Source of the DNA: Candidatus Poribacteria bacterium
Lineage (GTDB): Bacteria; Poribacteria; WGA-4E; WGA-3G
Length of the DNA: 63,356 nt
Direction of reading: 5' to 3'
Assembly: GCA_009843785.1 (NCBI GenBank)
Contig: VYCT01000090.1
Span: 1-63,356, forward strand
This document shows positions 49,562 to 60,371 of the stretch, one piece after another. The notes beneath the pieces were generated by a model. That model searched no databases and was not told the DNA's origin. It saw nothing but the letters and a program-made list of their open reading frames with translations. Position numbers and translations under genes: made by a program. Position 1 is the first letter of the stretch; each line of letters starts with the position of its first letter.

Positions 49562-50335
49562 CTATACCTCTTTCTCAGCGACGACAGCAAAACTCACGTT
49601 GTAAGCCATTTCATGTGTCCAACTTCCCGGTGTGGCGTTAATATCTGGCTGTGTCCAAGAACGCTCCTCAACCCGCTCAATCCGAAAACCGTTATCCACA
49701 AGTCCGTTGAATATATCACCCAAATAATGCCGGAAATCGAATGCGCCGTCCGGGTACCTGAAAACGCGTTCGGAATACGGCTCGGTGACGCGATAGCATT
49801 CACCATCCCATTCCCAAAAATGATTGGCAGGATTGCCAAAATCTACACGATATTGCCCACCGGGCCGGATAATCCTCGATACACCCCTATAGATTTCATG
49901 AACGGATGGCACCCAACTCATAGAGGGTCCTTGATAGATAAGATCATACGATGCATCTTCAATTTCGGACAAATCGCGGATATTGCGACGAAGCGTTTCA
50001 ACGTGATAGCCGTAATGCTTCGCAGCGGTAATATCTCCGTCAAGCTGACCTTGCGTAAAATCAATCACGGTCACATCTGCATCAAGCAGACCGAACACCG
50101 CTGACTGTTGTCCGCCACCCGCTGCGAGACACAGCACGTCCTTATCCGCAACATCTCTGAGTAGATAGGCGGGGTAAATTTGGTAGAGGTCATACGGCAC
50201 CGGATCGAGTCGATCCTCAGCATATTTTAGAATCTTATCTCTATCAAGGTCGAGCCACGGGACGGTAAAGCCGTTCTTTCTTACGACTTCGGCTTCCCAA
50301 TGTGTTCGATTAGCAATAGTAATTTCATCATTCAT
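49562..50335 (-). CDS. Class I SAM-dependent methyltransferase
   Basis: DVLCLAAGGGQQ, VIDFT, PGGQY. Confidence 0.9.
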   Translation of the reverse strand: MNDEITIANRTHWEAEVVRKNGFTVPWLDLDRDKILKYAEDRLDPVPYDLYQIYPAYLLRDVADKDVLCLAAGGGQQSAVFGLLDADVTVIDFTQGQLDGDITAAKHYGYHVETLRRNIRDLSEIEDASYDLIYQGPSMSWVPSVHEIYRGVSRIIRPGGQYRVDFGNPANHFWEWDGECYRVTEPYSERVFRYPDGAFDFRHYLGDIFNGLVDNGFRIERVEERSWTQPDINATPGSWTHEMAYNVSFAVVAEKEV

Positions 50336-50341
50336 TTTTAT

Positions 50342-51508
50342 TTATACCATTACACTTTCTATCCACGCCTCATCAATTTCAAGACCGAAACCGGGGGCAT
50401 CCGAGGGCGCGACATAGCCATCTTTGATAACAGAGGTGCCGGGCAACTTGACCATCTCTTCGAGCGGCACACCCGGTGATGAAACACCCTCAGAACGTTC
50501 ACCCCACGTAATAGCAGGCATCGCAAACGCGAGATGTTGACCGTATGGATAATTCATGCCGCCGTGCGTAATCACGTTAATCCCATTCGCCTCTGCGATG
50601 TGACAAATTTTTGCCGCCGATGTAATACCACCGCACCACAAAATATCCGGCTGAAAGATGTCAACGAGTCGTCGTCCTGCTGCTGCTGCAAAGACGGTTG
50701 GCAGATACCAATGTTCTCCCGTAGCGAGGGTTTGCCATGGGATACGTTGACGTATTGTTTCATAACCGACAAAATCATCAGCGGGGATGTAATCCTCCAT
50801 CCACTTCAATCCGTAGGGTTTCATGGTTTCGCAGACACGCACGGTATGTTCAACATCAAAGCCTGTCCAAGCATCTAAACTCAAATCAACCTTATCGCCG
50901 ATGACTTCTCGTGTGCTTGCGACCAACTCTTCAAGTTTTCGTAAACCTTCCAACCCGTGTTCGGGCCCCCAGGGTGTGAAAAGTTTCGTGGCTTTGAATC
51001 CGAGTTCCATATACCACTCCTGATCGAAACCGGAGGCGTAGCAAAAAATCTTTTCTTTCTGCGGTCCGCCGAGCAGTTCGTAGACAGGTCTGTTCAGAAT
51101 TTTGCCTTTGAGATCCCAGAGCGCACAATCAACTGCACTGATAGCGTAACTCGTCAAGCCGGTTGCACCAAAGGCGGTTGACGACCGCACCATCATATCC
51201 CACAATTTCTCAGTCGCCATACAATTTTCGCCAACGAGGCGCGGGGCAAAGTGATCATTGATGATTCGGATCACGGGGCCCGCATAAAGCGAGATACCGA
51301 ATCCCCATGTGCCATCTTCTGCTGTTATAATGCACGCGGGGCGTTTCCAATCCGAGCTGGAGATATGTTTCTCTTTTCTGTCGGGCGCGGGATAGCGGGA
51401 GTCGGGTCGGTTCATCGGAAATGTTCTGGCTCGACTCGGGGTGCGCGGCGTTGTTGTGGGTTTTGGGTTAAGTTCGATTTCTACGGCTCGAATTTCTTTA
51501 ATGTTCAT
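50342..51508 (-). CDS. Enolase superfamily enzyme (L-rhamnonate dehydratase-like)
   Basis: AISAVDCALWDL.GK...PVYELLGG, WMED, ATGEH, QPDI.WCGGIT, THGG. Confidence 0.9.
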   Translation of the reverse strand: MNIKEIRAVEIELNPKPTTTPRTPSRARTFPMNRPDSRYPAPDRKEKHISSSDWKRPACIITAEDGTWGFGISLYAGPVIRIINDHFAPRLVGENCMATEKLWDMMVRSSTAFGATGLTSYAISAVDCALWDLKGKILNRPVYELLGGPQKEKIFCYASGFDQEWYMELGFKATKLFTPWGPEHGLEGLRKLEELVASTREVIGDKVDLSLDAWTGFDVEHTVRVCETMKPYGLKWMEDYIPADDFVGYETIRQRIPWQTLATGEHWYLPTVFAAAAGRRLVDIFQPDILWCGGITSAAKICHIAEANGINVITHGGMNYPYGQHLAFAMPAITWGERSEGVSSPGVPLEEMVKLPGTSVIKDGYVAPSDAPGFGLEIDEAWIESVMV

Positions 51509-51691
51509 AGAATCTCCTTGCTACATGGATGGGATCATAAACTTAGCAATTCCGTAATATCCAAGTTTAATATACACCATCATTGGAGAAATCGCAACGG
51601 AGAAATTTGCGATCAGGAAGTTTTACTCGCCTCAAGATCCACAAATAGATTGGAGCGGTCAGACCTATGATGTTTAGAGTAATCAGGTAAA

Positions 51692-52597
51692 TTAGGATTG
51701 ATTTACCGAGTTCTTTACCCATTGGTAGGCGCGCCCAATTTGAAAAATGAGAAGTCCAAACTCAACCTTCTCTGTAATCGCAGGATCGTCTGTCTGATAG
51801 TGCTTCAGCACTGCATCAATAACCTTTTTGGCAACAATACCATCAGGAGGTAAATCTGAGTACATCTCTATAGCGAATTCAGATAGATCTATCGCTGGAT
51901 CGTGCAGCAAGGCATCAGCAAAATCAATAATGGCGAGTTGTTCCAAATTTTTCTGTACAAAAAACAGGTGATTTATTTGGAGATCTGTGTGAACGACAGC
52001 CCATCTCTGGTTTAAACGCTCCTGTAGGTTTTCCAGCTTTTCACGCCATCGGCTTGTATAGATTTCCGTGGTATTTTCTGCAATAAACGCGAGTTTCTGC
52101 CTTGTGTCACGAATTGCTACTGCGAAAGGATCGGTAGCACGTGGGATGTGGTCTAAAACCTCATCTGGAAATTTGTGCCTGTGCAGAAAGGTGAGAGAGG
52201 TACCGAGAGATTTGCCAAAGGATTCTAATTCTCTGGTGGTAAATGTCTCAAGTACATCTATAGGTAGTGAAGAACCGTTGATTCTTGAAAACATCGCATA
52301 GAATCCTTGGTCGTGGACTATGATCGGTTTAGCTACAGTGAAAGGCATCGATAATGCGTGCAGGCATTCTGTGAGTTTAACTTCTCTTAGAAGCCTGGCT
52401 CGGTAGGCGTTGCGCGCAATCTTAAGGATAACATCGTCGCGGTAGTAGAAGGTAAAATTATCACCACCGCGGTGGCGGTTGGATATAGGTTTTAGATCTT
52501 TAATAGATATATCTGTAGCGAATGTTTTAAGAAAATCGCACACGTTGTCTGCTGTAATTTCAGTTGTTTGATTCATCGGTGTATGCGTATGCTTCAA
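51692..52597 (-). CDS. Aminoglycoside phosphotransferase (APH)-like kinase
   Basis: ILKI, VVHTDLQINH, IIDFADA..HDPAIDL; start may be 52576. Confidence 0.85.
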   Translation of the reverse strand: MKHTHTPMNQTTEITADNVCDFLKTFATDISIKDLKPISNRHRGGDNFTFYYRDDVILKIARNAYRARLLREVKLTECLHALSMPFTVAKPIIVHDQGFYAMFSRINGSSLPIDVLETFTTRELESFGKSLGTSLTFLHRHKFPDEVLDHIPRATDPFAVAIRDTRQKLAFIAENTTEIYTSRWREKLENLQERLNQRWAVVHTDLQINHLFFVQKNLEQLAIIDFADALLHDPAIDLSEFAIEMYSDLPPDGIVAKKVIDAVLKHYQTDDPAITEKVEFGLLIFQIGRAYQWVKNSVNQS

Positions 52598-53477
52598 GTT
52601 TGCGCCAGGCCTTTAGCAACGCCTCTTGAATGTTTAAAAACTCAAGGTATCCGGGTGGTAGCGGATATTTTGCAACGTCAAACGGTTCTAACGGGTTTTC
52701 AATCTTCTGCCTTGCAAAGGTATAGAGTGCCTTCTGCGCTGCTGTTGCCTCAGGCACTTGATTAAAAGGGATACCACAATTGTTTCGCCATAACCGAGGC
52801 TCAACGACATCGACCATCGCCTGAATCAGTGAGACCTGCTTTCCAAACTTTGAATTCAGAAAACAAGCCAAACTCTCGGCTTGCGCGCGTGGCTGACGCA
52901 TAATATCTTCGTAGCCGAGAAAGAGTCGGTGCTGCGCATCTTCTGTGTGCTGCAGGATTAGCGTCATCATGTGCTGCCAACGGAGCAAATTCATTGCGAC
53001 AAAGGAGATATGGACTGGTACGTTCGCTGGCATGATAAATTTCTGCCAGGATACTGCTGTGTCAAGCGGATGGCGAACCGTGATTATGTAAATCGCATCG
53101 GTCCATATCTTTTTCCAAAACGGCAAAAAATGGCTGAGTGCTGGATCTTTCCAAAACCAAGGACCTCCCGTGTACATTTCAGCCATCAGTTCAGTGGCTT
53201 TCGTTCTATACGCAGAATCAGCAGCTTTTTTCTCTATTCGCTGTTGGAAATCGTTATCCCACCAAGTCGTGCCAGCGTCAAAATCTCCTAACTCAGCAAG
53301 CAGATCCCACAAAGGCAGAAACTCCCAATATCCTCTGGGAGCATGCCCATCAGCCTGATGTAACTTTTCGGGAGGCCCCGCATAAGCACCCCATCTGTGT
53401 AACATCTCGGCAACAACAGATGTTCCGCTGCGCTCAACACCAAGCACGATAATCGGATGACTTTCGGAGTCAATCAT
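52560..53477 (-). CDS. Sulfotransferase family protein
   Basis: IIVLGVERSGTS 5'-PSB loop, GYWE, WKDP, VRHPLDTAVS. Confidence 0.88.
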   Translation of the reverse strand: MIDSESHPIIVLGVERSGTSVVAEMLHRWGAYAGPPEKLHQADGHAPRGYWEFLPLWDLLAELGDFDAGTTWWDNDFQQRIEKKAADSAYRTKATELMAEMYTGGPWFWKDPALSHFLPFWKKIWTDAIYIITVRHPLDTAVSWQKFIMPANVPVHISFVAMNLLRWQHMMTLILQHTEDAQHRLFLGYEDIMRQPRAQAESLACFLNSKFGKQVSLIQAMVDVVEPRLWRNNCGIPFNQVPEATAAQKALYTFARQKIENPLEPFDVAKYPLPPGYLEFLNIQEALLKAWRKLEAYAYTDESNN

Positions 53478-53856
53478 TCAAATGTCCTCAAGTGTCTCGT
53501 CAATGATGCCCCACACCAACCTGAGTTGACGATTTTTCTTGCACGAAACTGTTTTTTGTTCTAACCTACGTTGTCGCCTTATAGAAAATGAACAAGAATT
53601 CTCGGTAGAAGATGCTACAGAACACCACAATTAGAGGAAATTCCTTATATTTTTTTAATCAAAAATGGTGTATATCTGTCTAAAATCTTATAAGCAGTAA
53701 CTTGGGTTATTGTATGATAAAGGCTTATGAAGATGCGGTTTACCTTTTCGTTTACGCTTGTTGAAAGTATAGCATCTTTGACTGTTTTTTTCTATCAAAA
53801 ACAGTGTTCTAATTCCTGCTGCTGAAAGAGTAGGATGTAACATAAGGAGGCAAGAA

Positions 53857-54615
53857 GTGAAATACAGACTGAGCGTTATTATAGTTTTAACTATCGCCAT
53901 TAGCCTCTGGACTATAGGCGCGTTCGCAGCGGATCTCACGGAAGGAATTGTCGGCTATTGGCCCCTCGATGGCAATGGCAACGACGAATCAGGCAATGGA
54001 AACGATGCCAACTTGGAAAAAGGCGCGAAATGGTCTGACGACGGTTGGGTGAACGGTGCCGTTGATTTTGATGGTGGTGGTGGACACGTGGTTGTCGATA
54101 ATACGTTTGAGCTAACAACAGACAAGATCACGGTGATCGCCCGGATCAACGGTTGGAAAACAATAGATTGGTCAGGAATTGTCGTTGGTCGAAGTGATCC
54201 ATCATCGTGGTGGATGGGTGTCGCAGCGAACAATACCTTAACCTATGTATGGAACAACAACTCCGCACAGACGTGGAACTGGCAAGGTGCACCGGAAATC
54301 CCAGAAAATAAATGGGCGTTGGTTGCGATAGCGATTGAACCTGACAAAGCAACGAGTTACATTTATCACAGAGACAGTGACAAACTTGCGTCTGAAGTAA
54401 ATGATATTCCGCACATCGAACAAACGGTTAAAAATTTAAAGTTCGGATGGGACGAATGCTGCGGTGCCAGATACTTCAAAGGGTTAATTGACGAAGTGAT
54501 GATCTATGACTGGACGTTGAACGCTGACGACATCAAAAGATTGGCAACTGTTGGGCTGCCTGTCGAGAGTAAAGGTAAACTCGCGATGACGTGGGCGGCA
54601 CTCAAGAAAGATTAA
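53857..54615 (+). CDS. Secreted LamG domain protein
   Basis: AAGGAGG SD, GTG start, signal peptide; GYWPLDGNGNDESGNGN, FKGLIDEVMIYD; tail VESKGKLAMTWAALK. Confidence 0.9.
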   Translation: MKYRLSVIIVLTIAISLWTIGAFAADLTEGIVGYWPLDGNGNDESGNGNDANLEKGAKWSDDGWVNGAVDFDGGGGHVVVDNTFELTTDKITVIARINGWKTIDWSGIVVGRSDPSSWWMGVAANNTLTYVWNNNSAQTWNWQGAPEIPENKWALVAIAIEPDKATSYIYHRDSDKLASEVNDIPHIEQTVKNLKFGWDECCGARYFKGLIDEVMIYDWTLNADDIKRLATVGLPVESKGKLAMTWAALKKD

Positions 54616-54668
54616 GCGAATAACAAGCGTTCGCGAAGTTGCACTCACCCTAAAGGATACCCACCAAT

Positions 54669-56414
54669 TTGGAAAAAGTCCCTTTCAGGCAGTATGCTGC
54701 ACTCCTTTCACAATACCTTAAACCGCACTGGATGCGTGTGACACTACTCGCTGTGTTTATGTTGGGTGGGGTCGGTTTAAACCTTGTTAAACCACAGATT
54801 CTGCGCTACTTCTTTGACACAGCAGAAGCAGGTGGAGAGACGCGGAACTTACTGATCGCTGCGGGTCTTCTGTTCATTGCTGTAAGTTTCTTCAGGCAAG
54901 TCGTAACGTTAGTCAGTTCTTACCTTGGGCAAGATGTCGGCTGGCGAGCGACAAATCAGATGCGGGGGGATCTCGCGCACCACTGCCTACAACTTGACAT
55001 GCCATTTCACCACGAACACACCCCTGGTGAAATGGTAGAACGCGTTGACGGAGATACGACGGCTCTCTCAAATTTCTTTTCTCAGTTTATACTTCAGGTA
55101 ATAGGCAGCTTTTTGCTGCTCGGTGGTTCTTTGGCCTTGGTCATTCGTGAAGATTGGCGTATCGGTATTGCCCTGACCGGCTTTGTGATAGTTGCTATCC
55201 TGATTTACAATCTCACCCGAAACGTTGCTGTTCCGATTTACACAGCTGAACGAGAGGGTTACGCCAGACTCTTCGGATTTCTTGAAGAGCGTCTAACAGG
55301 CATTGAGGACCTTCGCACAAACGGTGGCATCAGCTATACAATGGATCGGTTTTACGATGTCAACCGTGATGTGTACGGTCGAGCTGTAAAAGCACACGTG
55401 ATGGGCGAGATTTTACGGATGATTAGCGGCGTTCTACTTGCCTTCGGACAGGTACTGACGATGGCAATGAGTATCTATCTGTTCAGGGAAGGTGTGTTCA
55501 CAATCGGGACCGTCCTCCTGGTTATCCAATACGTAGTGATGCTCCGAGGTCCGTTGGTCATGATGAACCGCCAGATTAACGATCTCCAAAGGGCAACCGC
55601 AGGCTTGAAACGGATTGAAGAATTTTATCGGGTCACCTCAAACATTGTAGATGGAACGGAAGCCCTTCCGGCATCAGACGCGCTTAGCATCGAATTCGAC
55701 AAGGTCACCTTCGGCTACACCGAAGAAGAGTCCGTGCTGAAAGATGTCTCGTTTCAACTACCCCCCGGAAAATCACTCGGATTGTTGGGACGGACAGGCA
55801 GCGGTAAAACCACGATCACCCGTCTCCTATTTCGGCTGTATGAGATTACCAACGGCCAGATTCGGATTGGAAACAAACCAATTGAGGATATTCAGTTGGA
55901 CGACTTGCGCAATCGGATCGGTCTGGTTACGCAGGATGTACAACTCTTCAATGCAACGGTGCGCCAGAACTTGACGCTCTTTGACACAGAAATCTCCGAT
56001 GACCAGATTTTGTCAGTGATTGGAGAACTTGGATTATCCGAATGGTATCACTCGCTGTCAGACGGACTTGATACACTAATTGAAGGTACCGGGCTTTCCG
56101 CAGGGGAAGCGCAGCTGCTGGCATTTGCAAGGGTCTTCCTTAAAGATCCGAAGCTTGTCATTCTTGATGAACCCTCCTCACGACTTGACCCAGCAACAGA
56201 ACAACGCATTGACAACGCCGTGCAGCGATTGTTGAAGAGGCGGACCAGCATCATTATTGCGCATCGGCTTGGAACGGTCCAACAGGTGGACGAAATTATG
56301 ATTCTAGCGGATGGAGAGATTGAAGAATATGACGAACGCAAGCGGCTCGTCCAAAATCCTGACTCCATCTTCTCGCAGCTGCTAAAAACTGGACTGGAGG
56401 AGATGATCCAATGA
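54669..56414 (+). CDS. ABC exporter, fused permease/ATPase, subunit 1
   Basis: [30 protein letters not shown]. Confidence 0.93.
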   Translation: MEKVPFRQYAALLSQYLKPHWMRVTLLAVFMLGGVGLNLVKPQILRYFFDTAEAGGETRNLLIAAGLLFIAVSFFRQVVTLVSSYLGQDVGWRATNQMRGDLAHHCLQLDMPFHHEHTPGEMVERVDGDTTALSNFFSQFILQVIGSFLLLGGSLALVIREDWRIGIALTGFVIVAILIYNLTRNVAVPIYTAEREGYARLFGFLEERLTGIEDLRTNGGISYTMDRFYDVNRDVYGRAVKAHVMGEILRMISGVLLAFGQVLTMAMSIYLFREGVFTIGTVLLVIQYVVMLRGPLVMMNRQINDLQRATAGLKRIEEFYRVTSNIVDGTEALPASDALSIEFDKVTFGYTEEESVLKDVSFQLPPGKSLGLLGRTGSGKTTITRLLFRLYEITNGQIRIGNKPIEDIQLDDLRNRIGLVTQDVQLFNATVRQNLTLFDTEISDDQILSVIGELGLSEWYHSLSDGLDTLIEGTGLSAGEAQLLAFARVFLKDPKLVILDEPSSRLDPATEQRIDNAVQRLLKRRTSIIIAHRLGTVQQVDEIMILADGEIEEYDERKRLVQNPDSIFSQLLKTGLEEMIQ

Positions 56415-58162
56415 CAACCGGGCAAGCCTCAATTCGCCTCATGCGCTACCGTCCGCTCCTCTTTCTCAGTACCATTCTGTTCCGTGGATTAGACGATCTA
56501 ATGCCTTTCGTTGTCGGCATTATTATGAAGGCATTTTTTGATGCGCTCTCCGGCGAATCGGCAGCTGGAGCTAACCCATGGACATTTGTTGCGCTCTTCG
56601 TTGTTGCCGAATTTGGTGACCGAGGTGTCCTCATATCCTCAGCGTTCGTATGGGCGCGTTGGCGTTACGCTATTTCAACACTGCTCCGAAAAAATCTGAT
56701 GACATCCATCATGAACATGTCCGCGCCACACAGTGTCTCAACAGCCTCTGGCGAAGCGACAAACCGGCTGCGAGATGATGTTGAAGCGATTATAAGTTAT
56801 TTGGAACAGTACATCCATTTGTGGGGCAATCTCATCTTCGCGACGTTAGCAATTATCTGGATGGCTCGGATAGATGTAGCAATAACGGCTATCACGGTTA
56901 TCCCGGCTATTCTCATTATTACAATCGTCAACATGTCAAGGCGATATATTCAGCGGTATCGCGCAGCGCAGCGCGTTGCTACGGAACAGTCAACGAACTT
57001 CATCAACGAAATGTTCCAATCCATCTTGGCAGTGAAGGTCGCAGGGACAGAGTCAAATGTAATCGCACACTTTCGGCAGTTAAACGATTCACGTCGCAAG
57101 GCGACGCTGGTGGATAGCCTGTTCAATCAGCTCCTACAATCCGTCAGTTCCAATATGAACGACTTTGCCGCTGGCGTGGTTTTGATTCTGATTGTGGAAC
57201 AGGTGGCTGCAGGGACGTTTTCAGTTGGAGACTTCGTGTTCTTCTATGCGTGTATCGGTGAAGTCGCGAGAAGTGGATCCCTCATCGGCAGTACAATGGC
57301 ACAACACCAACGCGCAGAGGTTTCATTCTCCCGTATGGAACAGACCGTCGATGAAATGTCTCGGGATGATTTGGTGGAACACACCCCAGTGTATCTGCGA
57401 GAAAACCAACCGCCACTTTCTATCCCTCAAAAGACGGAAACGGATCGGTTGAATGAACTTACGGTTGACAGGCTTACATACCTCTACGATGGCGACGTAT
57501 CTGGAATCGCTGATGTTGATTTGAAAATTCCGGCAGGTTCGTTCACCGTTGTTACTGGACAGATCGGTTCAGGTAAAACGACGCTGGTTCAAGCACTCTT
57601 GGGTGTCCTGCCGAAACAAGCAGGCGAGATTCGCTGGAATGGCGAAATCGTGGAGGATCCGAAATCGTTCTTCGTCCCGCCCCGTTGTGCCTACACACCG
57701 CAAACGCCGAAACTTTTCAGCGAAAAACTGAGTGCCAACATTCTCATGGGCATACCGTGGAATTGGGACGATCTAAATCGAGCAATACGGCTCGGTGTTA
57801 TGGAGAAAGATCTGCCGACACTCGAAGAAGGTCTTGAAACTGTTGTTGGACCGCGTGGGGTCAAATTGTCGGGCGGGCAGATGCAGCGCACTGCGGCGGC
57901 ACGAATGTTTATCCGAGATTCGGAATTACTCGTTTTTGATGATCTTTCGTCTGGCCTTGACGTGGAGACGGAACAGATTTTGTGGGAACGCCTTTTTGAG
58001 ACAAGACGGGCAACCTGTCTCGTCGTTTCTCACCGGCGACCCGCACTGCGGCGAGCAGATCAGATTGTTGTCCTGAAAGACGGGCACGTTGAGGCTATCG
58101 GAACGCTGGACGAACTGCTTGCCTCCTCCGAAGAAATGCGGAAGTTATGGGCAAGCGACTGA
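56411..58162 (+). CDS. ABC exporter, fused permease/ATPase, subunit 2
   Basis: ATGA overlap with subunit 1; [26 protein letters not shown]. Confidence 0.93.
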   Translation: MTTGQASIRLMRYRPLLFLSTILFRGLDDLMPFVVGIIMKAFFDALSGESAAGANPWTFVALFVVAEFGDRGVLISSAFVWARWRYAISTLLRKNLMTSIMNMSAPHSVSTASGEATNRLRDDVEAIISYLEQYIHLWGNLIFATLAIIWMARIDVAITAITVIPAILIITIVNMSRRYIQRYRAAQRVATEQSTNFINEMFQSILAVKVAGTESNVIAHFRQLNDSRRKATLVDSLFNQLLQSVSSNMNDFAAGVVLILIVEQVAAGTFSVGDFVFFYACIGEVARSGSLIGSTMAQHQRAEVSFSRMEQTVDEMSRDDLVEHTPVYLRENQPPLSIPQKTETDRLNELTVDRLTYLYDGDVSGIADVDLKIPAGSFTVVTGQIGSGKTTLVQALLGVLPKQAGEIRWNGEIVEDPKSFFVPPRCAYTPQTPKLFSEKLSANILMGIPWNWDDLNRAIRLGVMEKDLPTLEEGLETVVGPRGVKLSGGQMQRTAAARMFIRDSELLVFDDLSSGLDVETEQILWERLFETRRATCLVVSHRRPALRRADQIVVLKDGHVEAIGTLDELLASSEEMRKLWASD

Positions 58163-58379
58163 AGTTGAGTCGCGCATAAAACCTTGGGAGGTTTTGCTTC
58201 AAGTAGTGTCGAAGTAATTCCTAAATCTACTAGAAAATAAAAAGGCTCAAATGAAAGTTCAGAATCCTTGAAAGCACAATTGGAAGAAGGCAAACGGCAA
58301 GGCTGAAAATATGTTTCACTTTTGATCCGTCTAAACACATATCTCCGGAAGCATCTGCCGATTAATTGAGGAAAACAAC

Positions 58380-59912
58380 GTGAATTCAAATACCGTTCAT
58401 ATACTTGATACTGGCACAGAACTGTTTGTTGACGACGCGCTGATCGCTTCCAAACACGGCGTGACGCGCACACTGCATCAGTGCGTAAAGCATGATGTCT
58501 CTGTTCTTAAACCTGACCCCGGCAATCTGTGGGAACACGGTGGCCCGGATCAGTCCAGACGTGTGCACCTCTACGGGACTACAATGTACGATGCTGCGTA
58601 CGGAAAATACCGTATGTGGTACATGTGTCGTATGGGGCCGCATTGGCGGTTTGAGGCGAATGAGATTCCGGGACTTTACGTCCCACGTCCTGACCGAAAC
58701 CCCTCAACATACAGGGGACAGACCCACGATGCTTACGGACGAAAATTTGTTGAGAACGATCGCGGCGACCTTACCTGCTACGCAGAGAGCAACGATGGAT
58801 TGACATGGACGAAACCGAATCTTGGTCTGTTTGAATTTAACGGAAACCCAAACAATAATATCGTGTGGGACCTCCACGGCGCGTGTGTCTTCCGTGATGA
58901 CGAGGAATCGGATCCGCAGAGACGATATAAGATGATCGGTTTTTGCAGACGGTATCGTAACATCTTCTTGCTCATGTCACCCGATGGCATCCGATGGGAT
59001 GACTCAGATTACCTTGAACCGATTGCGGATCGGGACAACGAAGGCGCGTTCAACGTCATCTACGATAAAAAAACAGACCTGTTCCGTGCTTATGCTCTCA
59101 TACGTGGAGACGATAAAGACGCAAGGCGCATGATCGCATACACCGAAAGCCCACGTCTTGAGGGACCCTGGAAACCGCTCGAACCAATGTTCGGTGCAAC
59201 GGATGCGGATGACGAAATCGGTGTACAGAGATACGGCGCGGATCGTGCTGAAATCCACAACATGTCAGGTTTCCTCTATCATAATATCTATATCGGGATC
59301 GCTGGGGTGCTCTATGTGACGGGACCGGGCGCGGCGGAGCATGAAATCCCTATCGATGGACCGATTGACGCGCAACTCATTTGCAGCCGAGATGGGTTTA
59401 ATTGGGACTACCCCGACGCAATTCGGACCCCGATTATTCCACGTGGCGAAAGCGGCACCTTCGACACCGGTATGATTATGGGAACCGCTATTGAACCGAT
59501 CATTACTGACGACGAAATTCACTGGTACTATACAGGGACAGAACACACCCACGGTGCACAGATGAAGGATAGGCACAAGGAGATCGGACTTGCGAAGTGG
59601 CGTTTAGACGGCTTCGTTTCGCTTGATGCTGATACGGAAGGTGGTGTTGTTGAAACCGTTCCGCTGCAGATTCCGGACGGTGAGCTTGAAATTAACGCAG
59701 ATGCAAGCGACGGACAGGTCAAAGTAGAAGTGCTGACAGCTGAGGGACAGGTTCAACCCGGATTTTCGATGGATGACTGCGTTCCGTTGACAAGTGATAA
59801 TATCCGACACGCGATGCGATGGAAATCGGCTACGTTAGCGGATACAATACAACCGTTGCGACTCCGTTTCATTTTGAACCGTGCAAAACTTTACGCCTTT
59901 CGTCTTGAATAG
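58380..59912 (+). CDS. Five-bladed beta-propeller glycoside-hydrolase-like protein (GH32/GH43-like)
   Basis: LFVDDALI, YAESNDGLTWTKP, SPDGIRW, SRDGFNW Asp-box-like motifs; WRLDGFVSL tail. Confidence 0.75.
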   Translation: MNSNTVHILDTGTELFVDDALIASKHGVTRTLHQCVKHDVSVLKPDPGNLWEHGGPDQSRRVHLYGTTMYDAAYGKYRMWYMCRMGPHWRFEANEIPGLYVPRPDRNPSTYRGQTHDAYGRKFVENDRGDLTCYAESNDGLTWTKPNLGLFEFNGNPNNNIVWDLHGACVFRDDEESDPQRRYKMIGFCRRYRNIFLLMSPDGIRWDDSDYLEPIADRDNEGAFNVIYDKKTDLFRAYALIRGDDKDARRMIAYTESPRLEGPWKPLEPMFGATDADDEIGVQRYGADRAEIHNMSGFLYHNIYIGIAGVLYVTGPGAAEHEIPIDGPIDAQLICSRDGFNWDYPDAIRTPIIPRGESGTFDTGMIMGTAIEPIITDDEIHWYYTGTEHTHGAQMKDRHKEIGLAKWRLDGFVSLDADTEGGVVETVPLQIPDGELEINADASDGQVKVEVLTAEGQVQPGFSMDDCVPLTSDNIRHAMRWKSATLADTIQPLRLRFILNRAKLYAFRLE

Positions 59913-59946
59913 CTGCTTTTTGAATTAAACATAGGAGTTAAAAAGA

Positions 59947-60360
59947 ATGAGACATACTACGCAAATTGAACTTGAAAATTTATACGATCTGGTTGCTGTA
60001 AAACTTGGTGTTATGGATCCTGAAGATGTGCGAAGCCTCATTGTCATGGATGCCCTTGTTGATACTGGTGCAACGGGTCTTTGCCTACCGACACCAGTCA
60101 TTGAACAACTCGGGCTCACACCTATTGAAACGAGGCGGGCACGTACCGCTACCGGCATCGTTGACCGCGTCCTTTATTCAGAAGTCCAATTTACAATATT
60201 GGAACGAACAGGGACGATGCAAATTACCGATCTGCCTGAGGGGTCGCCTGTCCTCGTGGGACACATGGTTTTGGAGCATTTAGATCTCTGTGTTGATATA
60301 AAAGAGGGGTTAATCTATAATCCAGCACACGATGGTGAATGGATTACAGAGATCCTCTAA
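59947..60360 (+). CDS. Clan AA (retroviral-like) aspartic protease
   Basis: ALVDTGAT...LLG-like PVLVG. Confidence 0.88.
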   Translation: MRHTTQIELENLYDLVAVKLGVMDPEDVRSLIVMDALVDTGATGLCLPTPVIEQLGLTPIETRRARTATGIVDRVLYSEVQFTILERTGTMQITDLPEGSPVLVGHMVLEHLDLCVDIKEGLIYNPAHDGEWITEIL

Positions 60361-60371
60361 AGGAGAAGTAA

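Noticed and set aside
53475-53540. Possible DUF86/HepT C-terminal remnant (LRLVWGIIDETLEDI)
   Set aside because: Too short to support
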